Source: Christensenellaceae bacterium (GTDB lineage Bacteria > Bacillota > Clostridia > Christensenellales > CAG-138). Taken from it: a stretch of DNA of 24,000 nucleotides. The stretch spans positions 613,938-637,937 of the forward strand of contig CAXXUL010000001.1 in NCBI GenBank assembly GCA_963665375.2, read 5' to 3'. This document shows, piece by piece, positions 1 to 7,598 of the stretch. The notes under the pieces are model-generated. The model had not been told where the DNA came from, did not search any database, and was given only the letters and a program-made list of their open reading frames with translations. A program made the position numbers and the translations under genes. Each line of letters begins with the position of its first letter. Within the stretch, counting starts at the first letter, position 1.

Positions 1-190
1 CGTTGATGAAGCGAGCTTTCCGGGAGAGGTCGTAGATGTAACTCGTGTCGTCGTCAATAAAGATCGTGTTCCCTTTTGCCGTCAGGACAGACTTGTTTGC
101 CATTTCGAGAATCTGCTTGGTCTTTCCTGTGCCCTTTTCGCCGAAGATGACTCCAATCAAAGCCGTGGCCCTCCTTGTGCTTTTTTTCAT
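1..190 (-). CDS. P-loop NTPase, N-terminal fragment (gene continues past the left edge of the window)
   Basis: The reverse complement starts with ATG (plus-strand cat at 188-190) and reads MKKSTRRATALIGVIFGEKGTGKTKQILEMANKSVLTAKGNTIFIDDD... GEKGTGKT fits the Walker A pattern GxxxxGK[ST]. An AAGGG Shine-Dalgarno-like motif lies 6 nt upstream. It is absent from the ORF track because no stop codon lies inside the window. Confidence 0.45.
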   Translation of the reverse strand, partial: MKKSTRRATALIGVIFGEKGTGKTKQILEMANKSVLTAKGNTIFIDDDTSYIYDLSRKARFIN

Positions 191-291
191 TATAAGCCCT
201 TGGCGGCAACCAGCGCAAGCGATTCGACTAAGTTTCACCCATATATAGAAATTCGACAAAAGCAAACCACAATTGTTCTCATTTGATAAAC

Positions 292-326
292 AAAAAATGC
301 GCCCGCAATACTGACCCACGGGCGCA
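292..326 (-). terminator. Rho-independent terminator downstream of punA
   Basis: On the minus strand, TGCGCCCG (326..319) pairs with CGGGCGCA (305..298) across a 13-nt loop. The stem is followed directly by TTTTTTG (plus-strand a-run 292-297). Confidence 0.7.
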
Positions 327-350
327 ATGGATTTTGTTATTATTGATCAA

Positions 351-1166
351 TCAAAATACGGCTTCTACAATCTGATCGACCAGTTTGGTGAATTTTTCCG
401 AGGCGATCGCCGCCGTTTCCTGAACCTCTTCATGCGTCAACTTTTGATCCAGAATCCCCGCCGCCATATTGGTAATCAGCGAAATACCGATCGACTGAAT
501 ACCGCAGTGCGCGGCGGTAATCGCCTCCGGCACCGTAGACATACCGACCGCGGAAGCGCCGACGGTTCGCGCGAACACAATCTCCGCCGGGGACTCAAAC
601 GAAGGCCCGGAGAACATCATATAAACGCCTTCCTGTAGCGGCACGCCGATGGTTTGCGCCGTAGCGCGAACCCTTTGCCGAAGATCGCGGTCGTATACGT
701 TGGATTGATCCGGAAAGCGCGGGCCAAAGTCGTCGTCATTCGGCCCGATCAACGGATGCGAGCCGGAGAAATTGATATGATCGGAGATCAGCATCAAGTC
801 TCCCGGCGCAAATTCGAGATTCACGCCGCCCGCCGCGTTGGTTAACAGCAGCTTCTCCACACCGAGGCGCTTCATTACGCGCACCGCAAGCGCAATTTGT
901 GATTGCGGATACCCTTCGTAATAATGAAACCTGCCCTGCATACAGATGACCGTCTTGCCGAAGAGTTCTCCGATGACAAATCGGCCTTTATGCCCTTCTA
1001 CGCGTGACTGCGGAAATCCCGGCAGATCGCTATAGTTCACAAAGCGCTTGTTTTCGATCCTCTCCGCATAACCACCAAGACCAGAGCCGAGGATCAGCCC
1101 GATCTTGCAGTTTCCTCCGCAAAGCGGGGAAAGGATTTCGACCGCGCGTTCGACTGCTTCATTCAT
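351..1166 (-). CDS. punA: Purine nucleoside phosphorylase (trimeric PNP / PunA type)
   Basis: The 271-aa ORF carries typical PNP-family blocks: GIILGSGLG-like (GLILGSGLGGYA), GHKGRFVIGEL, MQGRFHYYEGY, TNAAGG and VGMSTVPE. A GAGG Shine-Dalgarno sits inside the end of deoB, 3 nt after the deoB stop. Confidence 0.9.
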   Translation of the reverse strand: MNEAVERAVEILSPLCGGNCKIGLILGSGLGGYAERIENKRFVNYSDLPGFPQSRVEGHKGRFVIGELFGKTVICMQGRFHYYEGYPQSQIALAVRVMKRLGVEKLLLTNAAGGVNLEFAPGDLMLISDHINFSGSHPLIGPNDDDFGPRFPDQSNVYDRDLRQRVRATAQTIGVPLQEGVYMMFSGPSFESPAEIVFARTVGASAVGMSTVPEAITAAHCGIQSIGISLITNMAAGILDQKLTHEEVQETAAIASEKFTKLVDQIVEAVF

Positions 1167-1169
1167 GCG

Positions 1170-2366
1170 TTATGCCTCGTAGATGTCGCCAAGGAAGCTC
1201 GTGCCTACGTTCCATTTTTCACCCGTGAGATAATCCAACACCGTAGCGCCGATATCCGCAAACGTCTTTCTCGTGCCGAGATTCACGTTTGCTTTCACGT
1301 GTTTACCGGTCACCACAAGCGGGATGTACTCTCTCGAGTGATCCGTGCTCGGTGTGGTGGGATCGCACCCGTGATCCGCCGTAATCATCAGGATATCGTC
1401 CTCGCACATCGCGTCCAAGATGCGCGGCAGCGCTGCGTCAAACGTCTCCAATGCAGTCGCATACCCTTCCACATCGTTGCGGTGACCATAGAGCATATCA
1501 AAATCGACCAGATTGGTGAAGATGAAATCTCCCGTGCCTTGTTCCAGAAAACGCACTGTTGCGTCGATACCCGTGTGGTTGTTCTTGGTGTGGTCAACGA
1601 TGGTGACGCCTCTGTGGCAGAAGATATCCTCGATCTTGCCGACGCCGACGACATCCTTCCCTCGCTTGACCAGTGCATCTAGAACGGTATCGGTAAACGG
1701 TTCCACCGCATAATCCTTGCGGTTTTCGGTGCGCTTGTATGCGCCGCTCGTTCCTTCAAACGGGCGGGCGATCACGCGTCCAACGAGATAGTGATCGTCG
1801 TTGAGCAGTTCGCGCGCAACTTCGCAGATTCGGTAGAGTTCCGGCAGCGGGATCACGCCTTCGTGCGCCGCAATCTGGAACACGCTGTCCGCGGAGGTGT
1901 AGACGATGGGTTTGCCGGTCTTCACGTGTTCGTCACCCAAACGGGCGATGATCTCCGTTCCGCTGGCGACTTCGTTTCCGATGGTGCCGCGTCCAATCTT
2001 CGCCTCAAATTCGCGCAAAAACTCCTCTGGAAATCCGTTTGGATACGTTTTAAACGCCTGTTTGAGCGGCAGTCCCGCCATCTCCCAGTGTCCGCAGGTG
2101 GTGTCCTTCGCTTTGGTTAGTTCTGCAAGGCGACCATATGCCCCCGTCGGTGTGAGACCGAGGGAATCGAGCCTGCTGTTTTCGATGGCGGCGAGTCCCA
2201 GCGCCGTCATATTCGGCATGTCGAGTTTGCCGCGCACTTTTCGGATATTGCCGAGCGTATGGGAGCCGACGTCGCCAAACTCCGCGGCGTCCGGTTGCTC
2301 GCCGATGCCGACGCTGTCGAGTACAATTACGATCGCGCGTTTATGATTCATTTGTTTTGTTTCCAT
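1170..2366 (-). CDS. deoB: Phosphopentomutase
   Basis: The 398-aa ORF contains VIVLDSVGIGEQPDAAEFGDVGSHTLGNI, TTCGHWEMAG, ITADHGCDPT and DHSREYIPL, the hallmark metal-binding blocks of DeoB. A GAGGGGA Shine-Dalgarno lies 6 nt before the ATG at 2366. Confidence 0.95.
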   Translation of the reverse strand: METKQMNHKRAIVIVLDSVGIGEQPDAAEFGDVGSHTLGNIRKVRGKLDMPNMTALGLAAIENSRLDSLGLTPTGAYGRLAELTKAKDTTCGHWEMAGLPLKQAFKTYPNGFPEEFLREFEAKIGRGTIGNEVASGTEIIARLGDEHVKTGKPIVYTSADSVFQIAAHEGVIPLPELYRICEVARELLNDDHYLVGRVIARPFEGTSGAYKRTENRKDYAVEPFTDTVLDALVKRGKDVVGVGKIEDIFCHRGVTIVDHTKNNHTGIDATVRFLEQGTGDFIFTNLVDFDMLYGHRNDVEGYATALETFDAALPRILDAMCEDDILMITADHGCDPTTPSTDHSREYIPLVVTGKHVKANVNLGTRKTFADIGATVLDYLTGEKWNVGTSFLGDIYEA

Positions 2367-2425
2367 GCTGTTCCCCTCATCATATACGTTAAAATTGATT
2401 GAGTCTTATATCATTGGATTGCGAT

Positions 2426-2444
2426 AGATGAACAAAGTTCATCT
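2426..2444. promoter_or_regulatory. Perfect 8+3+8 palindrome AGATGAAC-AAA-GTTCATCT upstream of deoB (candidate operator or leader hairpin)
   Basis: Read directly from the sequence. It lies 60-78 bp upstream of the deoB start in a 219-bp non-coding spacer. Confidence 0.3.
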
Positions 2445-2551
2445 TCCTATAGTTTAGTCTGTATTTGACATTGCGTCAATGAAGCTGAGTGACGTGGTTA
2501 CGCTCCGGCGTTGCGCGATGTTGAATTTTGTTTCATTCACAAAGAGATAGC

Positions 2552-2576
2552 AAAAGCCGCACTCAACGCGCGGCTT
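2552..2576 (-). terminator. Rho-independent terminator downstream of spo0A
   Basis: On the minus strand, AAGCCGC (2576..2570) and GCGGCTT (2560..2554) form a stem followed by TTTGCT. The element begins 10 nt after the spo0A stop codon. Confidence 0.6.
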
Positions 2577-2585
2577 CTCTTCTCA

Positions 2586-3344
2586 TCAGCGTTTCAGGTA
2601 GGTCAAAGCTCTCTGCGCCATCATGGCGACAAATTCTAGATTGCTAGGCTTGCCCTTATAGTCCTGCTTCGTATAACCGAAATATTCCCGGATAGTATCG
2701 ATGTTTCCGCGTGTCCAGGCGATCTCAATCGCGTTTCGCACGGCGTGTTCCACAAGCGGCGGACGCGTGTTGTAAATCTTCGCCACTGTCGGGTAGATGT
2801 CGTTCGTGATGCTTAAGTCGACCGGGGATTCGCTCATGGCATAGATTCGAATCGCATCCCGCAAGTAATAATATCCCTTGAGATGCGCGGGAATCCCGAT
2901 TGCGCGAATACCGGCCGCAATCTGGCTCTCCAAAATGTCGAGCACGTCGTCCGCTTTTTCGGTCTCGCGCTCGTATAAGCGCAGAAATTCTAGAACCCTC
3001 AGTTGCACCAGATCGTATTTGAGCGGCTTGGTAAAGCAATAGATGACCCGATCTTTGATGATTTGCAGCAGTCGGTCGTCCGCAAGCGCCGTGGTGACAA
3101 ACACCAGCGGCCTTCGGTCTTCGTTGAGTTTGCCGATGAAATCCAGTACGCTGATGCCGTCCAAATCACGTAAAAACAGGTCGAGAATCAGAATATCGAC
3201 ATTCTGCGCAAATATGGTGTCAATCGTGTCGCGCCCCGTGAATACGCTCGGGAGCAGGCGAATTTCTTCCAGTTGCTGAAAGACCGCTTCAATTCCTTTT
3301 GCATCCGCGGTATTGTTGCTTGCGATTAACAAATTCTTCTTCAT
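2586..3344 (-). CDS. spo0A: Sporulation master regulator Spo0A (receiver domain plus Spo0A_C DNA-binding domain)
   Basis: The C-terminal blocks are diagnostic of Spo0A: IGIPAHLKGYYYLRDAI, ITNDIYPTVAKIYNTRPPLVEHAVRNAIEIAWTRGN and KGKPSNLEFVAMMAQ. The N-terminal CheY-like receiver has ILILD, VTTA and TKP. A GGGAGAG Shine-Dalgarno precedes the ATG at 3344. Confidence 0.9.
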   Translation of the reverse strand: MKKNLLIASNNTADAKGIEAVFQQLEEIRLLPSVFTGRDTIDTIFAQNVDILILDLFLRDLDGISVLDFIGKLNEDRRPLVFVTTALADDRLLQIIKDRVIYCFTKPLKYDLVQLRVLEFLRLYERETEKADDVLDILESQIAAGIRAIGIPAHLKGYYYLRDAIRIYAMSESPVDLSITNDIYPTVAKIYNTRPPLVEHAVRNAIEIAWTRGNIDTIREYFGYTKQDYKGKPSNLEFVAMMAQRALTYLKR

Positions 3345-3424
3345 GCACTCTCCCGAAGCATAAGACCATTCATTCTTTCGAACGATGTTTTGAGGTTTCT
3401 AATTATTTTGATCGATTCATCCGG

Positions 3425-5131
3425 TTAAAATGCGCGACGAACATTCTCTTCCGCGGCGTCGATGAGTTGCTTTGCATGCTCCAGCGCAACCAGGTCGGTT
3501 CCAGAGCTGCCCATAATGCGGGCGATCTCCCGCGCGCGCTGCTCTGAGGTGAGTAGAATCGCGTTTGAGCGCGTGTGCTCTCCCGTTTCTTCTTTATACA
3601 CCAGATATTGCTGGTTTGCATAAGCCGCAATCTGCGGCAGGTGAGTGATGCACAGCACCTGATGATTCCTTGCAATCTGTCGCATCTTGACCGCGACCGC
3701 GGTGCCGATTTGCCCGCTGATGCCGCTATCGATCTCGTCAAACACCATCGTGGAAATTCCGTCGAGGTCTGCCAGCACGCACTTAAACGAGAGCATGATG
3801 CGCGAGAGTTCACCGCCGGACGCCACCTTGCTGAGCGGCTTGACCGGCTCCCCGCGGTTGGTGGAGAGCAAAAACTCCACATCGTCGATACCGCTTGCGG
3901 AAGGAATCTCGCCGGAGAGCGTTTCAAAGCGCGCGGTAAACGCGGCATGCGGCATACCAAGGTCGGAAAGCTCCGGCAACAGTCGCGCGCTGAGGCGCTC
4001 CGACGCGGCTTTTCGCAGCTCGGATAGCGCTGCGCTCTCCGCGTCGTACTCGGCTTTCGACAATGCATATTCTTTCGCGAGCTGTTCTCTGCGTTCCTCG
4101 GCGTTGTCAATGAGATCCAGCTCACTCACGCATTTTTCGCGATAGGCAAGTATCTCCGCGATACTCGCGCCATACTTTCTCTTGAGCGTGGAGATCAATT
4201 CCAGACGGGTTTCTATTTCGTCCAGCATCCCCGGCTCAAAGGAAAAATCCGCACGATAGTCGCGGAGCGTATAGCTCGCGTCCTCCAAATCGTAATACAG
4301 CGCATGTAGTTTTTCCGATAGTTGCTGATAATCCGCGCGCAGTGTCGAGATGCCGTCCAGCATATGCAGCGCAATGCTAAGGGACGCGAGCGCGCCGCCG
4401 TTTTCCGCCTCTTCACCGCTTAGAGCTGCATTTGCTCCCTCGAGGCCTTCCATCACGGCCTGCGCGTTTTGCAGCAATCCCCGTTGTTCCTCGAGCTGCT
4501 CTTCTTCGCCGTCGTTCAGCATAGCCGCGTCGATTTCCCGTATTTGATAAGTCAACAGATCGATTCTGCGGATGCGCTCCTGCTCGTTGAACTGCGCGGC
4601 GGAGAGAAGCCGCCTCGCCTCCGTTGCTTTGTGATACGCCGCCGTTACCCGTGCCTTTTTTTCCAGCGCTTCTTTACCGGCAAAGCGATCCAGCAACAGA
4701 ATGTGTTTCTTTTCATCCAATAGCGATTGGTGCGCATGCTGCCCGTGGATATCGACCAGCGCATCGCCGATGAGTTTGAGTGCGCTCGCGTTGATCAGCA
4801 TGCCGTTTGCGCGACAGACATTCTTCCCGCTGAGCGAAAACTCGCGGTAGAGTGTCAGCTCGTTCTCCTCGCAGTCGATTCCCTGCTCGGATAGCACCTC
4901 TAGCACGGGTTCGTCCGCTTGCAGGCGGAAGGTCGCCTCTACGCTCGCTTTTTCCTCGCCGGATTTCACGAGTTCGCGGCTTGCGCGCTCGCCCAAAACA
5001 AAATTGAGCGCTTCAATAATAATGGATTTTCCTGCGCCGGTTTCACCCGTCAGCACGGAAAACCCATCGAAGAACTCAATCAACTGTTGATCGATTAAAG
5101 CTACGTTACGAATGGATAATTGCTTCAGCAA
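3425..5131 (-). CDS. recN: DNA repair protein RecN
   Basis: Recognised from LSIRNVALIDQQLIEF, the Walker A motif LTGETGAGKSIIIEAL, long coiled-coil repeats, and the C-terminal ASGGELSRIMLS / FDEIDSGISG signature and Walker B motifs. I place the start at TTG 5131 ((M)LKQLSIRN), which has an AGGAGG Shine-Dalgarno 8 nt upstream. The 37 extra codons in the ORF track are not RecN-like. Confidence 0.9.
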   Translation of the reverse strand: MLKQLSIRNVALIDQQLIEFFDGFSVLTGETGAGKSIIIEALNFVLGERASRELVKSGEEKASVEATFRLQADEPVLEVLSEQGIDCEENELTLYREFSLSGKNVCRANGMLINASALKLIGDALVDIHGQHAHQSLLDEKKHILLLDRFAGKEALEKKARVTAAYHKATEARRLLSAAQFNEQERIRRIDLLTYQIREIDAAMLNDGEEEQLEEQRGLLQNAQAVMEGLEGANAALSGEEAENGGALASLSIALHMLDGISTLRADYQQLSEKLHALYYDLEDASYTLRDYRADFSFEPGMLDEIETRLELISTLKRKYGASIAEILAYREKCVSELDLIDNAEERREQLAKEYALSKAEYDAESAALSELRKAASERLSARLLPELSDLGMPHAAFTARFETLSGEIPSASGIDDVEFLLSTNRGEPVKPLSKVASGGELSRIMLSFKCVLADLDGISTMVFDEIDSGISGQIGTAVAVKMRQIARNHQVLCITHLPQIAAYANQQYLVYKEETGEHTRSNAILLTSEQRAREIARIMGSSGTDLVALEHAKQLIDAAEENVRRAF

Positions 5132-5261
5132 AGACGACGCCCTCCTGTTTCGAGCATCTTCCGAAAAAGAAATACAAATCCTTCTCTTTTTTACGCTCAC
5201 GTGATAAGCCTGCCAAGCGGAGGCTCGGTCAAACGATCTCACGCGCTGAGAAAGAACGCGT

Positions 5262-5711
5262 TTACTTCAGCATCTTCTGAAATTTCTTGATGATGTCGCC
5301 AACGCTCTTTGCGTCCCGCACGGCGATAAAAATGGTATTATCTCCCGCGATGGAACCCAGGATATCCGGCCACTTGAGCGTATCGACCGCTTCCGCGGCG
5401 GCGTTTGCGCTGCCCGCGATAGTCTTGATGACGATCAGGTTGCCTGCGCTTGTCACCGAAAGAACGCAGTTGCTGAACATACGAATAAAGCGCTCCTGCA
5501 AATCCGCCTCGGCTTTCTCCACCGTTGCGTAGCGATAGCGCCCCTCCGGCGTGAGCACCTTGATCAGCCGCAGTTCCTTGATGTCTCGCGATACGGTCGC
5601 CTGCGTGACGGAAAAGCCATGATCACGCAGCTTTCCGGCGAGCTCTTCCTGCGTCTCGACGTTTTCCGATGCGATGAGTTTGGAAATCATGTCATGCCGT
5701 TTTGCTTTCAT
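5262..5711 (-). CDS. argR: Arginine repressor ArgR/AhrC
   Basis: The sequence MKAKRHDMISKLIASENVETQEELAGKLRDHGFSVTQATVSRDIKELRLIKV is the ArgR winged-helix N-terminus. A C-terminal GDNTIFIAVRD oligomerisation/arginine-binding block is also present. A GAGGA Shine-Dalgarno lies 7 nt before the ATG at 5711. Confidence 0.9.
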   Translation of the reverse strand: MKAKRHDMISKLIASENVETQEELAGKLRDHGFSVTQATVSRDIKELRLIKVLTPEGRYRYATVEKAEADLQERFIRMFSNCVLSVTSAGNLIVIKTIAGSANAAAEAVDTLKWPDILGSIAGDNTIFIAVRDAKSVGDIIKKFQKMLK

Positions 5712-5909
5712 GTTTGAATCCTCATTACAAATGAAATATAAGTTCAGTGTTCTGATCCGGCTCGCTCTCGTGGCGGTCTCATGCGTTTCTGTTTCGTTGC
5801 GATCGGAACACTTGCCGCAGACACACAGCAAGCGTGCAACGATTTTTGATCGGCTTAGTGTTACGGATACTTCAGTACTCAGGATCGTGCTGTTGTTTCC
5901 TGCGCGCTC

Positions 5910-6701
5910 TTACGTGAGTTTCTGTCGGATAAGTTCGAATACGTTTTGCTCTCGAAAGCGAATAAATCGAACGCGAAGATTGGATCGGGTGATGCTGATG
6001 CAGTCGTTGGGGTTGACGCGGCTGAGCTTGATGCCGTCTCCGGAGACAAACCCTTCGCCGTTGACGTGGAACGTCCAGATCGCGTCCGGCGCGCTCACGA
6101 TCGGGCGAATGTGCAGCGTGTGCGAGCATACCGTGGTAACGATGATGCTGTCGAGATTTTGCGTGACCACAGGGCCGCCCGCAGAGAGATTGTATGCTGT
6201 GCTGCCGGTCGGCGTCGAGGCGATAATGCCATCTGAGAAGACAGAGCCTACCGATTGCCCGTCGCAATACATATCGATCTGAATCGTGCCGGAAAACGAT
6301 TGTTTGGAGATTAAAACATCGTTGAGGCAGCTGGCAAACGGTGCGCCGTTGATGCTGCATAACAGCGTCATGCGCTCCTCAATCCGATAGTCTCCCCGTT
6401 GAATGTTTGTGATCGCTGCGGCAAACTCGTCCAACGCAATTTCGCTTAAAAAACCAATCCGGCCAAGGTTGACGCCCAGCAGAGGGATATCTCTCTGCGC
6501 CGCGGCGGAAGCGAATCGAAGCAACGTTCCGTCTCCGCCGATAACGACCAAAAGATCCGGTGCGGGCTGCTCCGCAATCAGCGCGGCTACGCTATCCAGC
6601 GCGACCGTTTTCTCACCCAGAGCGGATGCCTGCTTCATCAAACGGACGCGATACTCGGCGATGCCTTCCTTTTCCAGATTGCCAGCAAAGCCGATTTTCA
6701 T
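5910..6701 (-). CDS. nadK: NAD+ kinase
   Basis: The 263-aa ORF has the GGDGT motif (VVIGGDGTLL), an NLGRIGFL block and a TPTGSTAYNLSAGGP block, all typical of NadK/PpnK. Confidence 0.9.
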   Translation of the reverse strand: MKIGFAGNLEKEGIAEYRVRLMKQASALGEKTVALDSVAALIAEQPAPDLLVVIGGDGTLLRFASAAAQRDIPLLGVNLGRIGFLSEIALDEFAAAITNIQRGDYRIEERMTLLCSINGAPFASCLNDVLISKQSFSGTIQIDMYCDGQSVGSVFSDGIIASTPTGSTAYNLSAGGPVVTQNLDSIIVTTVCSHTLHIRPIVSAPDAIWTFHVNGEGFVSGDGIKLSRVNPNDCISITRSNLRVRFIRFREQNVFELIRQKLT

Positions 6702-6733
6702 CGTTTTCGCTCCAAAAAAATTAATATGCTCAT

Positions 6734-6762
6734 ATTATACGGCCTCATTTATAAAAATACAA
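6734..6762 (-). promoter_or_regulatory. Sigma-A-type promoter in front of nadK (TTGTAT-17 nt-TATAAT)
   Basis: The minus strand reads CTCTTGTATTTTTATAAATGAGGCCGTATAATATG. The -35 is at 6762..6757 and the -10 at 6739..6734, with an exact 17-nt spacer. It sits in the AT-rich 84-bp tlyA-nadK gap. Confidence 0.45.
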
Positions 6763-6785
6763 GAGAAATTATGAATATGTATGCT

Positions 6786-7598
6786 TTATATACACGAATT
6801 GTGCGCGTCCTGAACGACTGAAACGGCTATGTTATGGTCGATTTCGGTTGCGCTGTGATCATCTTGTATGCATTTTTCCAGAAAAACGAGAAACTCGATA
6901 TTTCCTTTCGGTCCGCGAATCGGTGAATATGACAACCCTTTTACACAAAATCCCGCATCCCGCGCGACGGATAAGATGCGATCGATGACCTCGATATGCG
7001 TCGCCTGTTCCGAAACTACACCGTGCTTGCCAACCTTATTCTTCCCCGCCTCAAACTGCGGTTTGATGAGGGCTGCAACCTGTCCGCCATCCTTCAGGCA
7101 GGAAAAGAGCGGCGGCAGAATCTTATCGAGCGAAATAAACGAAACATCGATGGAAGCGAAGTCTAGCCCTTCTTCAAACCACGCGGGTTCCATGAACCGC
7201 GCGTTTGTGCGCTCCATCACGGCTACGCGAGCATCGCTTCTGAGTTTCCAGTCGAGTTGACCGTAACCGACGTCGATGGCGTAGACCTTTACGGCTCCGT
7301 GCTGCAGCATGCAGTCCGTAAATCCGCCCGTGGATGCGCCAATATCCGCGCAAATCTTTCCTTCCAGCGCGATGGGAAACGTCTCCATCGCTTTTTGCAG
7401 CTTGTAACCGCCGCGGCTCACATATGGGCAGGTGTCTCCACGCACGACAAGTTGCGTCTCTTCGGTTACAAATTGACCGGCCTTTTCCGCCTTGACTTCG
7501 CCTAAATACACCTGACCCGCGAGCACGAGCGCATGCGCTTCTTCGCGGCTTTTCGCAAGTCCCCGTTCAAATAGCGCAACATCCAGCCGTGTCTTCAT
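6786..7598 (-). CDS. tlyA: TlyA-family rRNA 2'-O-methyltransferase (S4 domain plus FtsJ-like domain; 'hemolysin A')
   Basis: MKTRLDVALFERGLAKSREEAHALVLAGQVYL is the S4 domain. YVSRGGYKLQKA and DIGASTGGFTDCMLQHGA form the SAM-binding part. The ATG at 7598 overlaps the dxs stop as ATGA. The longer 388-aa track ORF is an out-of-frame run through dxs. Confidence 0.85.
   Translation of the reverse strand: MKTRLDVALFERGLAKSREEAHALVLAGQVYLGEVKAEKAGQFVTEETQLVVRGDTCPYVSRGGYKLQKAMETFPIALEGKICADIGASTGGFTDCMLQHGAVKVYAIDVGYGQLDWKLRSDARVAVMERTNARFMEPAWFEEGLDFASIDVSFISLDKILPPLFSCLKDGGQVAALIKPQFEAGKNKVGKHGVVSEQATHIEVIDRILSVARDAGFCVKGLSYSPIRGPKGNIEFLVFLEKCIQDDHSATEIDHNIAVSVVQDAHNSCI

Noticed and set aside
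2426-2444. Possible LexA (Cheo) box in the deoB leader; the recN upstream region 5132..5261 was also checked
   Set aside because: The palindrome is GAAC-N3-GTTC, not the GAAC-N4-GTTC spacing of Firmicutes SOS boxes. I found no acceptable Cheo box upstream of recN either.
3403-4125. A 240-aa minus-strand ORF in an alternative frame inside recN
   Set aside because: It is Ser/Arg/Ala-rich, without motifs, and wholly nested in the well-supported recN frame.
5132-5242. A 37-codon N-terminal extension of recN, with similar upstream extensions of argR (5712..5831), ispA, dxs, hrcA and the DUF2273 gene
   Set aside because: In each case the conserved protein N-terminus starts at an internal start codon preceded by a good Shine-Dalgarno. 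The extensions are not family-like.
5713-5748. Two adjacent ARG-box-like sequences (TTTGAATCCTCATTACAA and ATGAAATATAAGTTCAGT) just upstream of argR
   Set aside because: The first has a GC-containing centre and a degenerate right arm. The second has TGAA and TTCA arms spaced one base too far apart relative to TGAAT-N4-ATTCA. Both also overlap the RBS region. This is too weak to call without a position weight matrix scan.
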